64,000 bases of DNA from Candidatus Sysuimicrobium calidum (GTDB lineage Bacteria; Sysuimicrobiota; Sysuimicrobiia; Sysuimicrobiales; Sysuimicrobiaceae), in contig JAVKHN010000006.1 in assembly GCA_031459935.1 (NCBI GenBank), forward strand, positions 14,085-78,084, read 5' to 3'. Below, piece by piece: positions 19,944 to 30,009 of the stretch. Below the pieces are notes generated by a model. It was given only the letters and a program-made list of their open reading frames with translations, did not search any database and was not told where the DNA came from. Position numbers and translations under genes: made by a program. Numbering within the stretch: position 1 is the stretch's first letter; each line of letters begins with the position of its first letter.

Positions 19944-21394
19944 ACGTGGCGGATCTGTACTGGCTACTGCCCGAGATCCTCGTCGGGGGCCTCGCCCTCT
20001 TGCTGCTGGTGGTGGATCTCCTCCTTCCGCAGGAGCGCAAGTCCGTAGTGGGCGGACTCGGGATCCTGGGGCTGGGAGGGGCCGGTGTGAGCACGGCCCT
20101 TCTGCTGCGGGACCTAGGGAGCCTTGGCGGGGCCGGAGTCCGGATCCTTTCGGACACGTATACGGTGGATCACTTCGGGGTCTACTTCAAGCTGGTGGCG
20201 GTGCTGGCCACGGCCCTGGTGATCCTGGTGGGGATGGACTTCTTCCCCCGCTATACGGCGTATGCGGGCGAGGCGTATGTGATGCTGGTCTTCACCTGCC
20301 TGGGCCTCATGCTCATGGCCTCCAGCAGCGAACTGGTCACCCTGCTGCTGAGCATCGAGTTCGTCTCCCTCACCAGCTACCTCCTGGCGGGCTATCTCAA
20401 GGGCAGTCCGAAGAGCAACGAAGCAGGGGTGAAGTACTTCCTGTACGGTGCGGCCACCACGGGCGTCATGGCTTACGGCTTCTCCCTGCTGTACGGGGCC
20501 ACGGGCTCCACAAGCCTTTACGACATCGCGGGCAGGCTGGGACAGATGGGCCCTGTGGGCACCCTGGGCGTGGGGATGGCTCTGGCGGGGTTCGGATTCA
20601 AGATCTCCATGGTCCCCTTCCATCAGTGGACACCGGACGTGTACGAAGGAGCTCCCACCCCCATCAGCGCGTACCTCTCCGTGGGCCCCAAGGCCGCGGG
20701 GTTCGCCGCACTGCTCCGCACCCTGCTGGTGGCGGTGCCGCCTGAGAGCATAGACTGGAGGCTGCTGATCGCGGTGCTGAGTGCCCTGAGCATGACCGTG
20801 GGCAATCTCCTCGCCCTGCCGCAGCGAAACATCAAGCGGATGCTGGCGTACTCCAGCATCTCCCACGCAGGGTTCATGCTCATGGCGGTGGCGGCCGCGC
20901 CATCCGCTTGGGCGCGGCCGGCCCTGCTTGTGTACGTGGGTGCCTACCTCTTCACGAACCTGGGAGCCTTCTTCGCGGCCATGGTGGCCTCCTGGAGTGT
21001 GGGCTCGGATGAGATTCCGGACTTCGCGGGGCTCAGCCAGCGGGCGCCAGGGGTGGCTCTGGCCATGGCCCTCTTCATGCTCTCCCTCACGGGTATCCCC
21101 CCGACGGCTGGATTTTTCGGCAAGTACTACCTCTTCTCCGCAGCCGTGGACGCGGGTCTGCTGTGGCTCGCGGGGGTAGGCGTCCTCAACAGCGTGGTCT
21201 CCCTGTACTATTACGTGGGCGTTATCCGGGCCCTGTACCTGATGCCCTCTGCCCGGGAGGTCTCCGTGCCGGTCCCCGCGGGCACAGGCTGGGCCCTGGC
21301 CCTCACGGCGCTAGGGACCCTGGCGCTCGGGGTGGTCCCTCAGCCGTTCGTCACCCTCGTCCAGTCCGCTCAGCGTTTGCTGGCGGGATTCTAA
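19940..21394 (+). CDS. nuoN: NADH-quinone oxidoreductase subunit N
   Basis: ATGA overlap with nuoM. SNEAGVKYFLYGA, FHQWTPDVYEGAPTPISAYL, RMLAYSSISHAGF. Confidence 0.93.
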   Translation: MNVADLYWLLPEILVGGLALLLLVVDLLLPQERKSVVGGLGILGLGGAGVSTALLLRDLGSLGGAGVRILSDTYTVDHFGVYFKLVAVLATALVILVGMDFFPRYTAYAGEAYVMLVFTCLGLMLMASSSELVTLLLSIEFVSLTSYLLAGYLKGSPKSNEAGVKYFLYGAATTGVMAYGFSLLYGATGSTSLYDIAGRLGQMGPVGTLGVGMALAGFGFKISMVPFHQWTPDVYEGAPTPISAYLSVGPKAAGFAALLRTLLVAVPPESIDWRLLIAVLSALSMTVGNLLALPQRNIKRMLAYSSISHAGFMLMAVAAAPSAWARPALLVYVGAYLFTNLGAFFAAMVASWSVGSDEIPDFAGLSQRAPGVALAMALFMLSLTGIPPTAGFFGKYYLFSAAVDAGLLWLAGVGVLNSVVSLYYYVGVIRALYLMPSAREVSVPVPAGTGWALALTALGTLALGVVPQPFVTLVQSAQRLLAGF

Positions 21395-21525
21395 TCTCAG
21401 AAGGGAATTCTTGCATGCGGCAGGCGCAGGGTGTGCTAGCATGAGGGAGGCGAAGCGGTGGTCCACGTCCCTGGTGGGGGCGCGGGCCCCGCTTCTCGTC
21501 TAAAAGCTCGGGTTCGGGGTTGAAG

Positions 21526-21861
21526 ATGGCGCACGAACGGGACGCCAAACAGGACAACATCCTGCTCGTGATCGCGAGAAAGGAGCAGGAGCTGGAGCGT
21601 CTGATCGCAGAAGCCAGGGCTGAGGCGGAGCGCATGGTGGTGGAGGCGGAAGCGGAGGCGGCCCGCATCCGGGAGCGGGCCCAGCAGGAGATCGTCCGCT
21701 TGGAGAGGGAGGCCCGGGAGCGGGCGGAGGCGGAAGCCCGAGCTGCGGAGGAACGGGCTCTGGAGCGGGCCCGGGGGGAGGCGGAACGCTTCCGGGCCCA
21801 GGCCCGACAGCGGATGGACGAGGCCGTCCGGCGCGTGGTGGAGGCGGTCCTCCGGGGGTAA
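21526..21861 (+). CDS. A/V-type ATPase small coiled-coil subunit (G/H-like peripheral stalk)
   Basis: About 111-aa Ala/Glu/Arg-rich helical protein at the first position of the operon, as in the Thermus atpG-I-L-E-C-F-A-B-D order. The ATG at 21526 is preferred over the TTG at 21520. Confidence 0.65.
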   Translation: MAHERDAKQDNILLVIARKEQELERLIAEARAEAERMVVEAEAEAARIRERAQQEIVRLEREARERAEAEARAAEERALERARGEAERFRAQARQRMDEAVRRVVEAVLRG

Positions 21862-21866
21862 GACCT

Positions 21867-23843
21867 ATGATCGTGGAGATGAGCCGGGTGCTCCTCCTAG
21901 GCCCCAAGCGACTGCTCGGGGAAGTCACGGATGTGGTGCAGCGCCTGGGGGTGATACACGTGGACCGGGTGGAGGCGGAGGAGGTCCCCACGGTCCGCCC
22001 CGTGGAGCCCGGAAGCGAGGAGGAACAGCGCCAGCGCCGCCTGGAGGCCCTGCTCGCCCGTGCCACGGGTCTGTTAAACCTCCTCCCCCGGACGGGACCC
22101 ACCCCGATTCCGGACCTGGGAACGCGCTCCCTGGAGGAGCTGGAGGCCATCCTGGAAGCCCGGGAGCAGGAGGTTCGGGAGCTGGTCCGCAGGCGTCTGG
22201 AGGCGGAGGAGGAACTGGAGCTCATCCGGTCCTATGAAAACGCCCTTCGGGTCCTCTCCCCGCTCCTGGGGGCCCTGCAGGGGAGCCGGCACTTCGAGAC
22301 CTACGGGTTTGTCCTGAGGGGGAAGGCGACCCCTGTCGTGGCAGAACTCCAGCAGGAGCTGCGCCGGCTCACCGGAGGCCGGGTGGAGGTGGTGGCCCGA
22401 AAGATCGACGAGCAGACCACGGGCGTGGTGGTGGCCTTCCACAAGCGGGACGGGGATGGGGTACGATCCCTCCTCCAGCGGGCTGGGATCACGGAGCTCC
22501 GCCTGCCCACCCGGTTCGCGGATCGCCCGGCGGTGGAGGCGGTCCAGGAGATGGAACGGCGGCGGGAAGAGCTTCCCCGGGAGATCGAGGACCTGAAAAG
22601 TCGGCTGGAAGCCATGAGCCGGGAGCACCGGGGAACGGTGCAGGCCATCGAAGCCTATCTCCGGGACGAGCTCGCCAAGCTCCAGGCCCTGCCCGCCTTC
22701 GCCCAGTCCCGGTACACCTTCATCGTACACGGCTGGGTGCCCACCCGGGAGGTCCCGAGGCTGCGAGCCGCCGTGCGTCGGGCTTTCGGAGATCAGGTGG
22801 TGGTCTACGATACACCCGCGGACCCCCACGACGAGGAAGAGGGAGCCCACATCCCCGTGGCGTTGGAGAACCCCGCGCCCATCCGGCCGTTCCAGCTGCT
22901 GCTTTCCATCTTCCGGCCTCCCCGGTACGGAACGTGGGATCCCACGCCGCTGCTGGCCCTGACATTCCCCCTGTTTGTGGGCCTGGTGATCGGAGATGTG
23001 GGATACGGGGCCCTGTTTTTCCTGCTCGGTTGGGCGCTGCGCAACCGGGCGCGTCGGGGGGAAGCTCTGGAGATCCCTCTTTTGAACATCCGGATGCGCC
23101 CGGAGATCCTGGGGGCGGTCTCCTGGATCGTGCGGGTAATCGCGTTCTGGGTTATGGTCTTCGGGATCCTGTACGCGGAGGTGTTCGGCAATCTCCCGGA
23201 GCTGCTGTTTCACCTACGCCCCGTCTTCGATCGGGTCTACGCGCACCGGGATCTTTACTTCCAGGTTATCGTGCTCCTGGGGATGCTCATGATCTACGGA
23301 GGTCTGCTGGGACACCTGGGAATGGCTGCCCGGCACCGCCACCTCCGGGGTGTTTTCGAGAGCGCGGTGATGATCCTGGTGCTCACCTGGGTGCTGTTGC
23401 TCCTGGGCGGCATGTCGGGGCTGCTGCCTGCGGCCGCGGTGTCCCTCAGCTGGTACTTCCTCTGGGCGGGCCTGGTGGCCTTCGCGATCGGACTGGCCTT
23501 CCGGGCCGCAAACCCTATGTGGTTCCTGGAGTCCGCCACCGCTTTTGGGCACATCCTCTCCCATGCCCGGCTCATGGCCTTCGGCCTCGCAGCCGCGGCT
23601 CTCGCGAGCGCCGCCAACGAGCTGGGGCCCAGCATGGCGGAGACCTTCGGGATCCACGGAATCGTGGGCACCGTGGTGGGTTCGCTGATTTCTGCTCTTG
23701 CCCAGATCCTGTTCTTCGTGTTTACCATTGTGGGGCACGTGATTCAGCCCGCGCGTCTGCATTGGGTGGAGTTCTTCACGAAGGTGAAATACCACGAGGA
23801 AGCCGGAGAACCCTACCGGCCATTTCAACGGACAGGGAGGTGA
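21867..23843 (+). CDS. atpI: A/V-type ATPase subunit I (a-subunit, stator/proton channel)
   Basis: 658 aa. Soluble N-terminal half plus a multi-TM C-terminal half with the LSHARLMAFGLA motif (conserved Arg). Confidence 0.9.
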   Translation: MIVEMSRVLLLGPKRLLGEVTDVVQRLGVIHVDRVEAEEVPTVRPVEPGSEEEQRQRRLEALLARATGLLNLLPRTGPTPIPDLGTRSLEELEAILEAREQEVRELVRRRLEAEEELELIRSYENALRVLSPLLGALQGSRHFETYGFVLRGKATPVVAELQQELRRLTGGRVEVVARKIDEQTTGVVVAFHKRDGDGVRSLLQRAGITELRLPTRFADRPAVEAVQEMERRREELPREIEDLKSRLEAMSREHRGTVQAIEAYLRDELAKLQALPAFAQSRYTFIVHGWVPTREVPRLRAAVRRAFGDQVVVYDTPADPHDEEEGAHIPVALENPAPIRPFQLLLSIFRPPRYGTWDPTPLLALTFPLFVGLVIGDVGYGALFFLLGWALRNRARRGEALEIPLLNIRMRPEILGAVSWIVRVIAFWVMVFGILYAEVFGNLPELLFHLRPVFDRVYAHRDLYFQVIVLLGMLMIYGGLLGHLGMAARHRHLRGVFESAVMILVLTWVLLLLGGMSGLLPAAAVSLSWYFLWAGLVAFAIGLAFRAANPMWFLESATAFGHILSHARLMAFGLAAAALASAANELGPSMAETFGIHGIVGTVVGSLISALAQILFFVFTIVGHVIQPARLHWVEFFTKVKYHEEAGEPYRPFQRTGR

Positions 23844-23847
23844 GTAT

Positions 23848-24174
23848 ATGCGCATGCGCGCTGGAGTCTGGCTTCTTTTCGGCCTTCTCCTGGTCGGGAT
23901 GGTGGCCGTGCCGGCCCTGGCCGCGGAGGCTCCGGAGGCCCGACCTGCCGGAGATGGAGCCCGCGCGGGGTTATTGGGGATCGCCGCCGCCCTCGCGGTA
24001 GCGTTCGGTGCCCTCGGCACCGCGTGGGCGCAGTCGCGGATCGGTGCCGCGGCGGCCGGAGCGATGGCAGAGCGTCCGGAGATCGGAGGCCTCATGCTGG
24101 TGTTCCTGGCCCTGCCCGAGACCATGATCATCCTGGGGTTCCTGGTGGCCTTCTTCCTCATCGGGCGCATCTAG
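23848..24174 (+). CDS. atpK: A/V-type ATPase proteolipid (c/K/L subunit)
   Basis: Two-helix hairpin GLLGIAAALAVAFGALGTAWAQSRIGAAAAGAMAERPE...LALPETMIILGFLVAFFL with the carboxylate Glu. It is preceded by a signal-peptide-like N-terminus. Confidence 0.88.
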   Translation: MRMRAGVWLLFGLLLVGMVAVPALAAEAPEARPAGDGARAGLLGIAAALAVAFGALGTAWAQSRIGAAAAGAMAERPEIGGLMLVFLALPETMIILGFLVAFFLIGRI

Positions 24175-24175
24175 G

Positions 24176-24757
24176 ATGAGCTCGGAACTCATCAGCCTGC
24201 TCGAGCGAGAAGCCCAGGCGGAGCGGGAACGCCTGCTAGAGGAGGCGCGTCAGCGGGCGCGGGATATCCTCCAGCAGGCGGAGGCGGAGGCTGCAAACCT
24301 CCTGGAGGCCCACCGCCGGAGGGTGGATGCAGAGCTCGAGGCGGTCCGCATCCGCGCACAGGGCGTGGCCCAGCTGCGGGCCACGTCCCTGGTGCTGGCG
24401 GCCAAGGACGAGCAGATCGCGGAGGTCTTCCAGCGGGCCCGGCAGGAGCTGGAGCGCCTGAGCCGGGACCCCTCTCGCTACGAGCCGGTCCTCCGGGCTC
24501 TCCTCCAGGAGGCGGTGGCGGGGTTCCGGGAGCGGGTGGTGGTGGAGTGCGCGGAGCAGGACCTTCCCCTCGTCCAGGCCGCGGTACAGGCCCTGGGCCT
24601 GGCGGCGGAGGTGCGTCCGAATCCGGAGCTGTGGGGAGGTGTGCGGGTCCGTAGCGCGGACGGCCGCTTCGTGGTGGAGAACACCCTCCTCTCGCGCCTG
24701 GAGCGGGCCCGGCAGGTGCTGCTCTCGGAAGTGGCAGACATCCTGTGGGGGGGGTAG
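24176..24757 (+). CDS. atpE: A/V-type ATPase subunit E
   Basis: 193 aa. N-terminal long helix (LLEEARQRARDILQQAEAEAA) and a globular C-terminus ending GGVRVRSADGRFVVENTLLSRLE. Confidence 0.88.
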   Translation: MSSELISLLEREAQAERERLLEEARQRARDILQQAEAEAANLLEAHRRRVDAELEAVRIRAQGVAQLRATSLVLAAKDEQIAEVFQRARQELERLSRDPSRYEPVLRALLQEAVAGFRERVVVECAEQDLPLVQAAVQALGLAAEVRPNPELWGGVRVRSADGRFVVENTLLSRLERARQVLLSEVADILWGG

Positions 24758-24763
24758 GGAGGG

Positions 24764-25792
24764 GTGCCGGAGGACTTCGGCTACATCAACGCCCGGGTGA
24801 AGGGAATGCGCTCCCGGTTGCTGCCGCCCGGCCGCCTGGAGGAGTTGTTGGGGCTTGCGGACCTGGAGAGCTTCATCCATGCCCTGGGCAACACGCCCTA
24901 CGGGCCCGAGCTCCAGGAGGCCCTTACCCGGTACCAGGGCCTGCGGGCGGTGGACGAGGCACTGATGCGGGCCTTCCAGAAAACTGCCCAGAAGATCCTG
25001 GGGTTTTCGGAGGGGAAGGCCAGGGCTCTGATCCGGGTGTTCCTGGTCCAGTGGGATCTCCACAATCTGCGCACCATTCTCCGAGCGAAGCACTCGGGGC
25101 ACCCCCTCGAGGCGACGGAGCAGAACCTGATCCCCGCAGGGGAGCTCACGGAGGTCCGGCTCCGGGAGCTGCTGGCCCAGCCGGATCTCGCGGCCCTAGC
25201 TGGCACCCTGGCCACCTGGGAGCACCCGTTGGCGGAGGCGCTGCTTGCGGCGATCCGGCAGTACGAGTCCACCCAGGATCTGCTGAGCCTGGAGCTGAGC
25301 CTGGACCGGGGGTACTTCGAGTGGGCTCTCCGCGTGGCCCGGGGCATGGGGCACAATGAGACGCTGGTCCGGGACGTGGTCCGGATGCAGATCGACTTCA
25401 CGAACGTGAAGACCGCGTTCAAACTGCAGCAGCTGGCGGACCTCTCCCGGGAGGAGCGGGAGCGCTTCTTCCTTCCCGGGGGGAGTGTGGTATCTCGGGA
25501 TGTGTTCCTGAACCTGGCGGATCCCACGACCGCGGAGTTCGGGCTGCGGGAGCTGCGTGGACGGGGAATCCATCCGGAGGGCCAGACGGCGGGGGAGGTG
25601 GAGCGCTTCCTGGAGGAGGAGAGTACCCGCCGGATGGCTATGCTCTATCTGGGGGATCCGCTCGGAATTGACGTGGTGATCGGGTTCCTCACCATGCTGA
25701 GCAGTGAGATCCGAAACCTGCGCCTCATCGCCCGAAGCAAGGCCCTCGGGATCCCCCGGGATCTGGTCCGCCGGGAGATGGCCCTGGTGTAG
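24764..25792 (+). CDS. atpC: A/V-type ATPase subunit C (eukaryotic d homologue)
   Basis: GTG start. PEDFGYINARVKGMRSRLL is the typical start of this subunit. 342 aa. Confidence 0.88.
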   Translation: MPEDFGYINARVKGMRSRLLPPGRLEELLGLADLESFIHALGNTPYGPELQEALTRYQGLRAVDEALMRAFQKTAQKILGFSEGKARALIRVFLVQWDLHNLRTILRAKHSGHPLEATEQNLIPAGELTEVRLRELLAQPDLAALAGTLATWEHPLAEALLAAIRQYESTQDLLSLELSLDRGYFEWALRVARGMGHNETLVRDVVRMQIDFTNVKTAFKLQQLADLSREERERFFLPGGSVVSRDVFLNLADPTTAEFGLRELRGRGIHPEGQTAGEVERFLEEESTRRMAMLYLGDPLGIDVVIGFLTMLSSEIRNLRLIARSKALGIPRDLVRREMALV

Positions 25793-25798
25793 CCGGAG

Positions 25799-26119
25799 AT
25801 GCGGTACCGGGTGGCTGTGATCACGGACTCGGAGACCGCCACGGGCTTCCGGCTGGCGGGGGCTGAGGTCTTCGAGGCCGACACCCCCGAGGGGGTGGTC
25901 GGGGCCCTCCGGGAGGTGCTCCGGGGAGACTACGGCCTCGTGGCGGTGAACGAAGTCCTCCTCACCGAAGCGGAGGAAGAGATCCGGCGGGCAATGCGGG
26001 GGAGGGATCTCCCCGTGGTCGTACCCTTCCCGGCCCCTCGGGCGCAGCTGGAGTCCGGGGAGGAGTACATCGCGCGCCTGGTGAAGGAGCACATCGGGTT
26101 CTACGTGAAGCTGCGGTAG
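25799..26119 (+). CDS. atpF: A/V-type ATPase subunit F
   Basis: 106 aa. RVAVITDSETATGFRLAGAEVF is the typical subunit F N-terminus. Confidence 0.88.
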   Translation: MRYRVAVITDSETATGFRLAGAEVFEADTPEGVVGALREVLRGDYGLVAVNEVLLTEAEEEIRRAMRGRDLPVVVPFPAPRAQLESGEEYIARLVKEHIGFYVKLR

Positions 26120-26131
26120 GGAGGGAGAGCC

Positions 26132-27886
26132 GTGGCCATCCAGGGAGAAATCATTAAGATCGCGGGACCCGCGGTGATCGCCCGGGGCATGCGAGGGGCC
26201 CGGATGTACGACATCGTCCGGGTCGGGAAGGAGAGGCTTGTGGGGGAGATCATCCGTCTCAGCGGGGACACCGCCTTCATCCAGGTGTACGAGGACACCA
26301 GCGGCCTGTACGTGGGTGAGCCCGTGGAGAGCACAGGGCTGCCGCTGGCGGTGGAGTTGGGACCGGGACTGTTGAGCAACATCTACGATGGGATCCAACG
26401 GCCTCTTCCGGAGGTACGGCGGCAGCAGGGGGATTTCATCCGGCGCGGTGCGGTGGCCCCCGCCCTTGACCGGAACCACCGGTGGCCCTTCCGCCCCCGG
26501 GTCTCCGTGGGGGAGGAGGTGGGGCCGGGAGACGTGATCGGGGAGGTCCAGGAATTCGGACTGGTGCACCGGATTCTGGTACCCCCGGATGCGAAGCCCT
26601 CCCGGGTGGCGGAGATCCATGAGGGCGAGTTCACGGTGACGGATGTGGTGGCGCGGTTGGAGAACGGTCTGGAGCTGCGTCTCATGCAAACCTGGCCCGT
26701 GCGCCTGGCCCGACCCGCCGCGCGCCGTCTGGATCCACGGGAGCCGCTGGTGACGGGGCAGCGGATCATCGACGTGCTGTTCCCCGTAGCCATGGGCGGG
26801 ACCGCGGCCATTCCGGGCCCGTTCGGCAGCGGCAAGACCGTGATGCAGCAGACCCTGGCCAAGTGGGCGGATGCGGACGTAATCATCTACGTGGGCTGCG
26901 GGGAGCGGGGCAACGAGATGACCCACGTACTGGACGAATTCCCGGAGCTGGAGGATCCCCGCACAGGCCGGCCCCTCATGGAGCGCACCATCATCATCGC
27001 GAATACCAGCAACATGCCCGTGGCCGCCCGGGAGGCTTCCGTCTACACGGGCATCACCATGGCGGAGTACTGGCGGGACCAGGGCTATAAAGTGGCCCTC
27101 ATGGCGGACTCCACCAGCCGCTGGGCCGAGGCCATGCGGGAGATCTCCAGTCGCCTGGAGGAGATGCCCGCGGAGGAGGGGTATCCGCCCTACCTCTCCA
27201 GCCGGCTTGCGGCCTTTTACGAGCGCGCGGGACGGGTGGTGTGCCTGGGCCGCCCGGAGCGATGGGGAGCCATCACCGTGATCGGCGCGGTGTCCCCCCC
27301 GGGCGGAGACCTCTCGGAGCCCGTGACCCAGGCCACCCTGCGCATCGTGGGGACCTTCTGGTCCCTCGATGCCTCCCTTGCCCACCGGCGGCACTTCCCC
27401 GCCATCCACTGGCTACGGTCCTACAGCCTCTACACCCCTCTGTTCCGGGAGTGGTACCGGCAGAACCTCCCGGAGGACTTCGAGGAGCTGCGCAACCGCG
27501 CCAGCGCCCTGCTGCAGCAGGAGGCGGAGCTGCAGGAGATCGTGCAGCTGGTAGGCCCGGATGCCCTGCAGGACGACCAGCGGCTGGTGATCGAGGCGGG
27601 CAAGATGCTCCGGGAGGACTTTCTGCAGCAGTCCGCCTTCTCGGATGTGGACGCCTACTGTCCGCCCATCAAGTCCTACGGGATCCTGAAGGCCATCCTG
27701 GTCTTCTACGACGAGGCGCTTGCAGCCCTTCACCGGGGCATGCCCATGGACGAGATCCTCAACCTCCCGCACATCCAGGAGATCGCCCGGATGAAGGAAG
27801 TGCCCGCGGACCGGTTCCCCGCATACACGGAGGACCTCCTGCGTCGGCTGCGGGAGGACCTGCGGGCACCGGTGCGGGCGAGTTAG
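26132..27886 (+). CDS. atpA: A/V-type ATPase catalytic subunit A
   Basis: GTG start. [10 protein letters not shown]-loop, the non-homologous insert region, and [18 protein letters not shown]. 584 aa. Confidence 0.95.
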   Translation: MAIQGEIIKIAGPAVIARGMRGARMYDIVRVGKERLVGEIIRLSGDTAFIQVYEDTSGLYVGEPVESTGLPLAVELGPGLLSNIYDGIQRPLPEVRRQQGDFIRRGAVAPALDRNHRWPFRPRVSVGEEVGPGDVIGEVQEFGLVHRILVPPDAKPSRVAEIHEGEFTVTDVVARLENGLELRLMQTWPVRLARPAARRLDPREPLVTGQRIIDVLFPVAMGGTAAIPGPFGSGKTVMQQTLAKWADADVIIYVGCGERGNEMTHVLDEFPELEDPRTGRPLMERTIIIANTSNMPVAAREASVYTGITMAEYWRDQGYKVALMADSTSRWAEAMREISSRLEEMPAEEGYPPYLSSRLAAFYERAGRVVCLGRPERWGAITVIGAVSPPGGDLSEPVTQATLRIVGTFWSLDASLAHRRHFPAIHWLRSYSLYTPLFREWYRQNLPEDFEELRNRASALLQQEAELQEIVQLVGPDALQDDQRLVIEAGKMLREDFLQQSAFSDVDAYCPPIKSYGILKAILVFYDEALAALHRGMPMDEILNLPHIQEIARMKEVPADRFPAYTEDLLRRLREDLRAPVRAS

Positions 27887-27898
27887 GAGGGGAGGAAC

Positions 27899-29314
27899 AT
27901 GGAGCTGGCCACCAAACGCTATCAGTCCATCTCCTACATCTCTGGGCCCCTGCTGTTCGTGGAGGGGGCCCGGGACCTAGCCTACGGGGCCATCGTGAAC
28001 ATCCACCTCCCGGACGGCCGCGTGCGAGGAGGACAGGTGATCGAGGTCGACGAGCAACACGCGGTGATCCAGGTGTTCGAGGAGACCACGGGCCTCGATG
28101 TGGCCCGCACCTCCGTGAGTCTGCGGGAGGACGTGGCCCGGTTCGGGGTGAGCCCGGAGATCATCGGTCGACGGTTCAACGGCCGCGGGGAGCCCATCGA
28201 CGGGCTTCCCCCCATCATCCCGGAGAAGCGACTGCCCATCATCGGCTCTCCCATCAACCCTGCAGCCCGGCAGCGGCCCCAGGAGTTCATCCAGACGGGG
28301 ATCAGCAGCATCGATGGCCTCAACACCCTGGTGCGCGGTCAGAAGCTTCCCATTTTCTCCGGTGCGGGACTGCCGCACAACGAGCTGGCGGCCCAGATCG
28401 CCCGGCAGGCCAAGGTGCTGGGGGAGGCGGAGGAATTCGCGGTGGTGTTCGCTGCCATGGGAATCACCCAGCGAGAGGCCGCCTTCTTCATCGAGCAGTT
28501 TGAGGCCACGGGGGCGCTGGCCCGGAGCGTGGTGTTCCTGAACCTGGCGGACGACCCAACCATCGAGCGTCTCATGACCCCGCGTCTCGCGCTCACCACC
28601 GCGGAGTACCTTGCCTTCGAGCTGGACAAGCACGTGCTCGTCATCCTCACGGACATGACGAACTACTGCGAAAGCCTGCGGGAAATCGGAGCCGCCCGGG
28701 AGGAGATCCCCGGGCGGCGCGGATACCCCGGGTACATGTATACGGACCTCGCCACCATCTACGAGCGCGCGGGCCGTATCCAGGGCCGCAAGGGTTCCGT
28801 AACGCAGATCCCCATCCTCACCATGCCGGACGACGACATCACGCATCCCATTCCGGACCTCACGGGATACATCACGGAGGGACAGATCGTTCTCAGCCGG
28901 GCCCTGCACCGTCAGGGCATCTACCCACCCATCAACCCTCTGCCGAGCCTCTCACGGCTGATGAACGACGGCATCGGCCCTGGCCGCACCCGGGAGGACC
29001 ACGCGGGACTCAAGGACCAGCTCTTCTCCGCGTACGCGAACGGCGTGGACCTGCGGCGTCTGGTGGCCATCATCGGGGAGGAGGCCCTCACGGAGCGGGA
29101 CCGGCTCTACCTGCGGTTCGCGGAGGCCTTCGAGCGGGAGTTCCTCAACCAGGGGAACACGGAACGATCCATCACGGAGACCCTCAACCTGGGCTGGAAG
29201 CTCCTCTCCATGTTCCCGCGGGAGGAACTGAAGCGGGTGAAGCAGGATCACGTGGAGAAGTACTACTTCGGAGAGGTAATCCGGCAGCTGTGGGAGGAGG
29301 AGGAACGGCTATAG
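27899..29314 (+). CDS. atpB: A/V-type ATPase subunit B
   Basis: [62 protein letters not shown]. 471 aa. Confidence 0.95.
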   Translation: MELATKRYQSISYISGPLLFVEGARDLAYGAIVNIHLPDGRVRGGQVIEVDEQHAVIQVFEETTGLDVARTSVSLREDVARFGVSPEIIGRRFNGRGEPIDGLPPIIPEKRLPIIGSPINPAARQRPQEFIQTGISSIDGLNTLVRGQKLPIFSGAGLPHNELAAQIARQAKVLGEAEEFAVVFAAMGITQREAAFFIEQFEATGALARSVVFLNLADDPTIERLMTPRLALTTAEYLAFELDKHVLVILTDMTNYCESLREIGAAREEIPGRRGYPGYMYTDLATIYERAGRIQGRKGSVTQIPILTMPDDDITHPIPDLTGYITEGQIVLSRALHRQGIYPPINPLPSLSRLMNDGIGPGRTREDHAGLKDQLFSAYANGVDLRRLVAIIGEEALTERDRLYLRFAEAFEREFLNQGNTERSITETLNLGWKLLSMFPREELKRVKQDHVEKYYFGEVIRQLWEEEERL

Positions 29315-29360
29315 CGCAGGATCCCCGAAGTGGGGACGCTGAGCCAAAGGAGCACAGGGT

Positions 29361-29996
29361 ATGCCGGAACTCGTAAGCCCCACCCGGATGAACCTTCTGC
29401 AGCGCAAGAACCAGCTGCGGGTGGCGCTGCAGGGGGTAGACCTCCTCAAGCGCAAGCGGGATGCGTTGGTGGCGGAGTTCTTCCGGGTGGTCCGGCAGGC
29501 CCTGGAGGCCCGGGATCGCATGAACGCCGCGTGCGAGAAGGCGTACATCGTCCTGAGCCTGGCGAAGGCGGTGGAAGGACGCCAAGCCCTGGAGGCTGCG
29601 GCCCTGGTGGAGCGCCGCCCGATGATGGTGGACATCGAGATCCGGAACATCTGGGGCATCAAGGTGCCGGAGGTTCAGGTGCAGCGGGTTCACCGCTCCT
29701 TCCTGGAGCGGGGACTCAGCCCCACCGCGGTGAGCATGCGAACCCTAGAGAGCACGGAGGCCTTCGAGCGGGTCCTGGACGCCATCCTGGAGGTGGCCGG
29801 CACGGAGCTGCGGTTGCGCAAGATCGGAGAGGAGATCAAGAAGACCACGCGCCGGGTGAACGCTCTGGAGCAGGTTGTGATCCCCCGCATCCGGGCTGAG
29901 ATCCGGTACATCAACGACGTGCTGGAACAGCGGGCCCGGGAAGACGTGTTCCGACTCAAGAGGATCAAGAAGAAGCTGGAGGGAAGGCAGGCTTGA
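29361..29996 (+). CDS. atpD: A/V-type ATPase subunit D (central stalk)
   Basis: SPTRMNLLQRKNQLRVALQGVDLLKRKRDAL and RRVNALEQVVIPR. 211 aa. Confidence 0.92.
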   Translation: MPELVSPTRMNLLQRKNQLRVALQGVDLLKRKRDALVAEFFRVVRQALEARDRMNAACEKAYIVLSLAKAVEGRQALEAAALVERRPMMVDIEIRNIWGIKVPEVQVQRVHRSFLERGLSPTAVSMRTLESTEAFERVLDAILEVAGTELRLRKIGEEIKKTTRRVNALEQVVIPRIRAEIRYINDVLEQRAREDVFRLKRIKKKLEGRQA

Positions 29997-30009
29997 ACGG
30001 GATCCCCTC

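Noticed and set aside
21411-21442. Promoter candidate for the A/V-ATPase operon (TTGCAT ... TGcTAGCAT).
   Set aside because: The spacing between the -35 and the best -10 hexamer is 20 nt. With a 17-nt spacer the -10 would be TGCTAG, which is poor. This is not supportable from sequence alone.
23848-23950. Signal-peptide-like N-terminal extension on the ATPase proteolipid, considered as a novelty.
   Set aside because: As far as I recall, Thermus-type L/K subunits carry a similar hydrophobic presequence ending in an Ala-rich motif. It fits the Thermus-like operon order and is not unusual.
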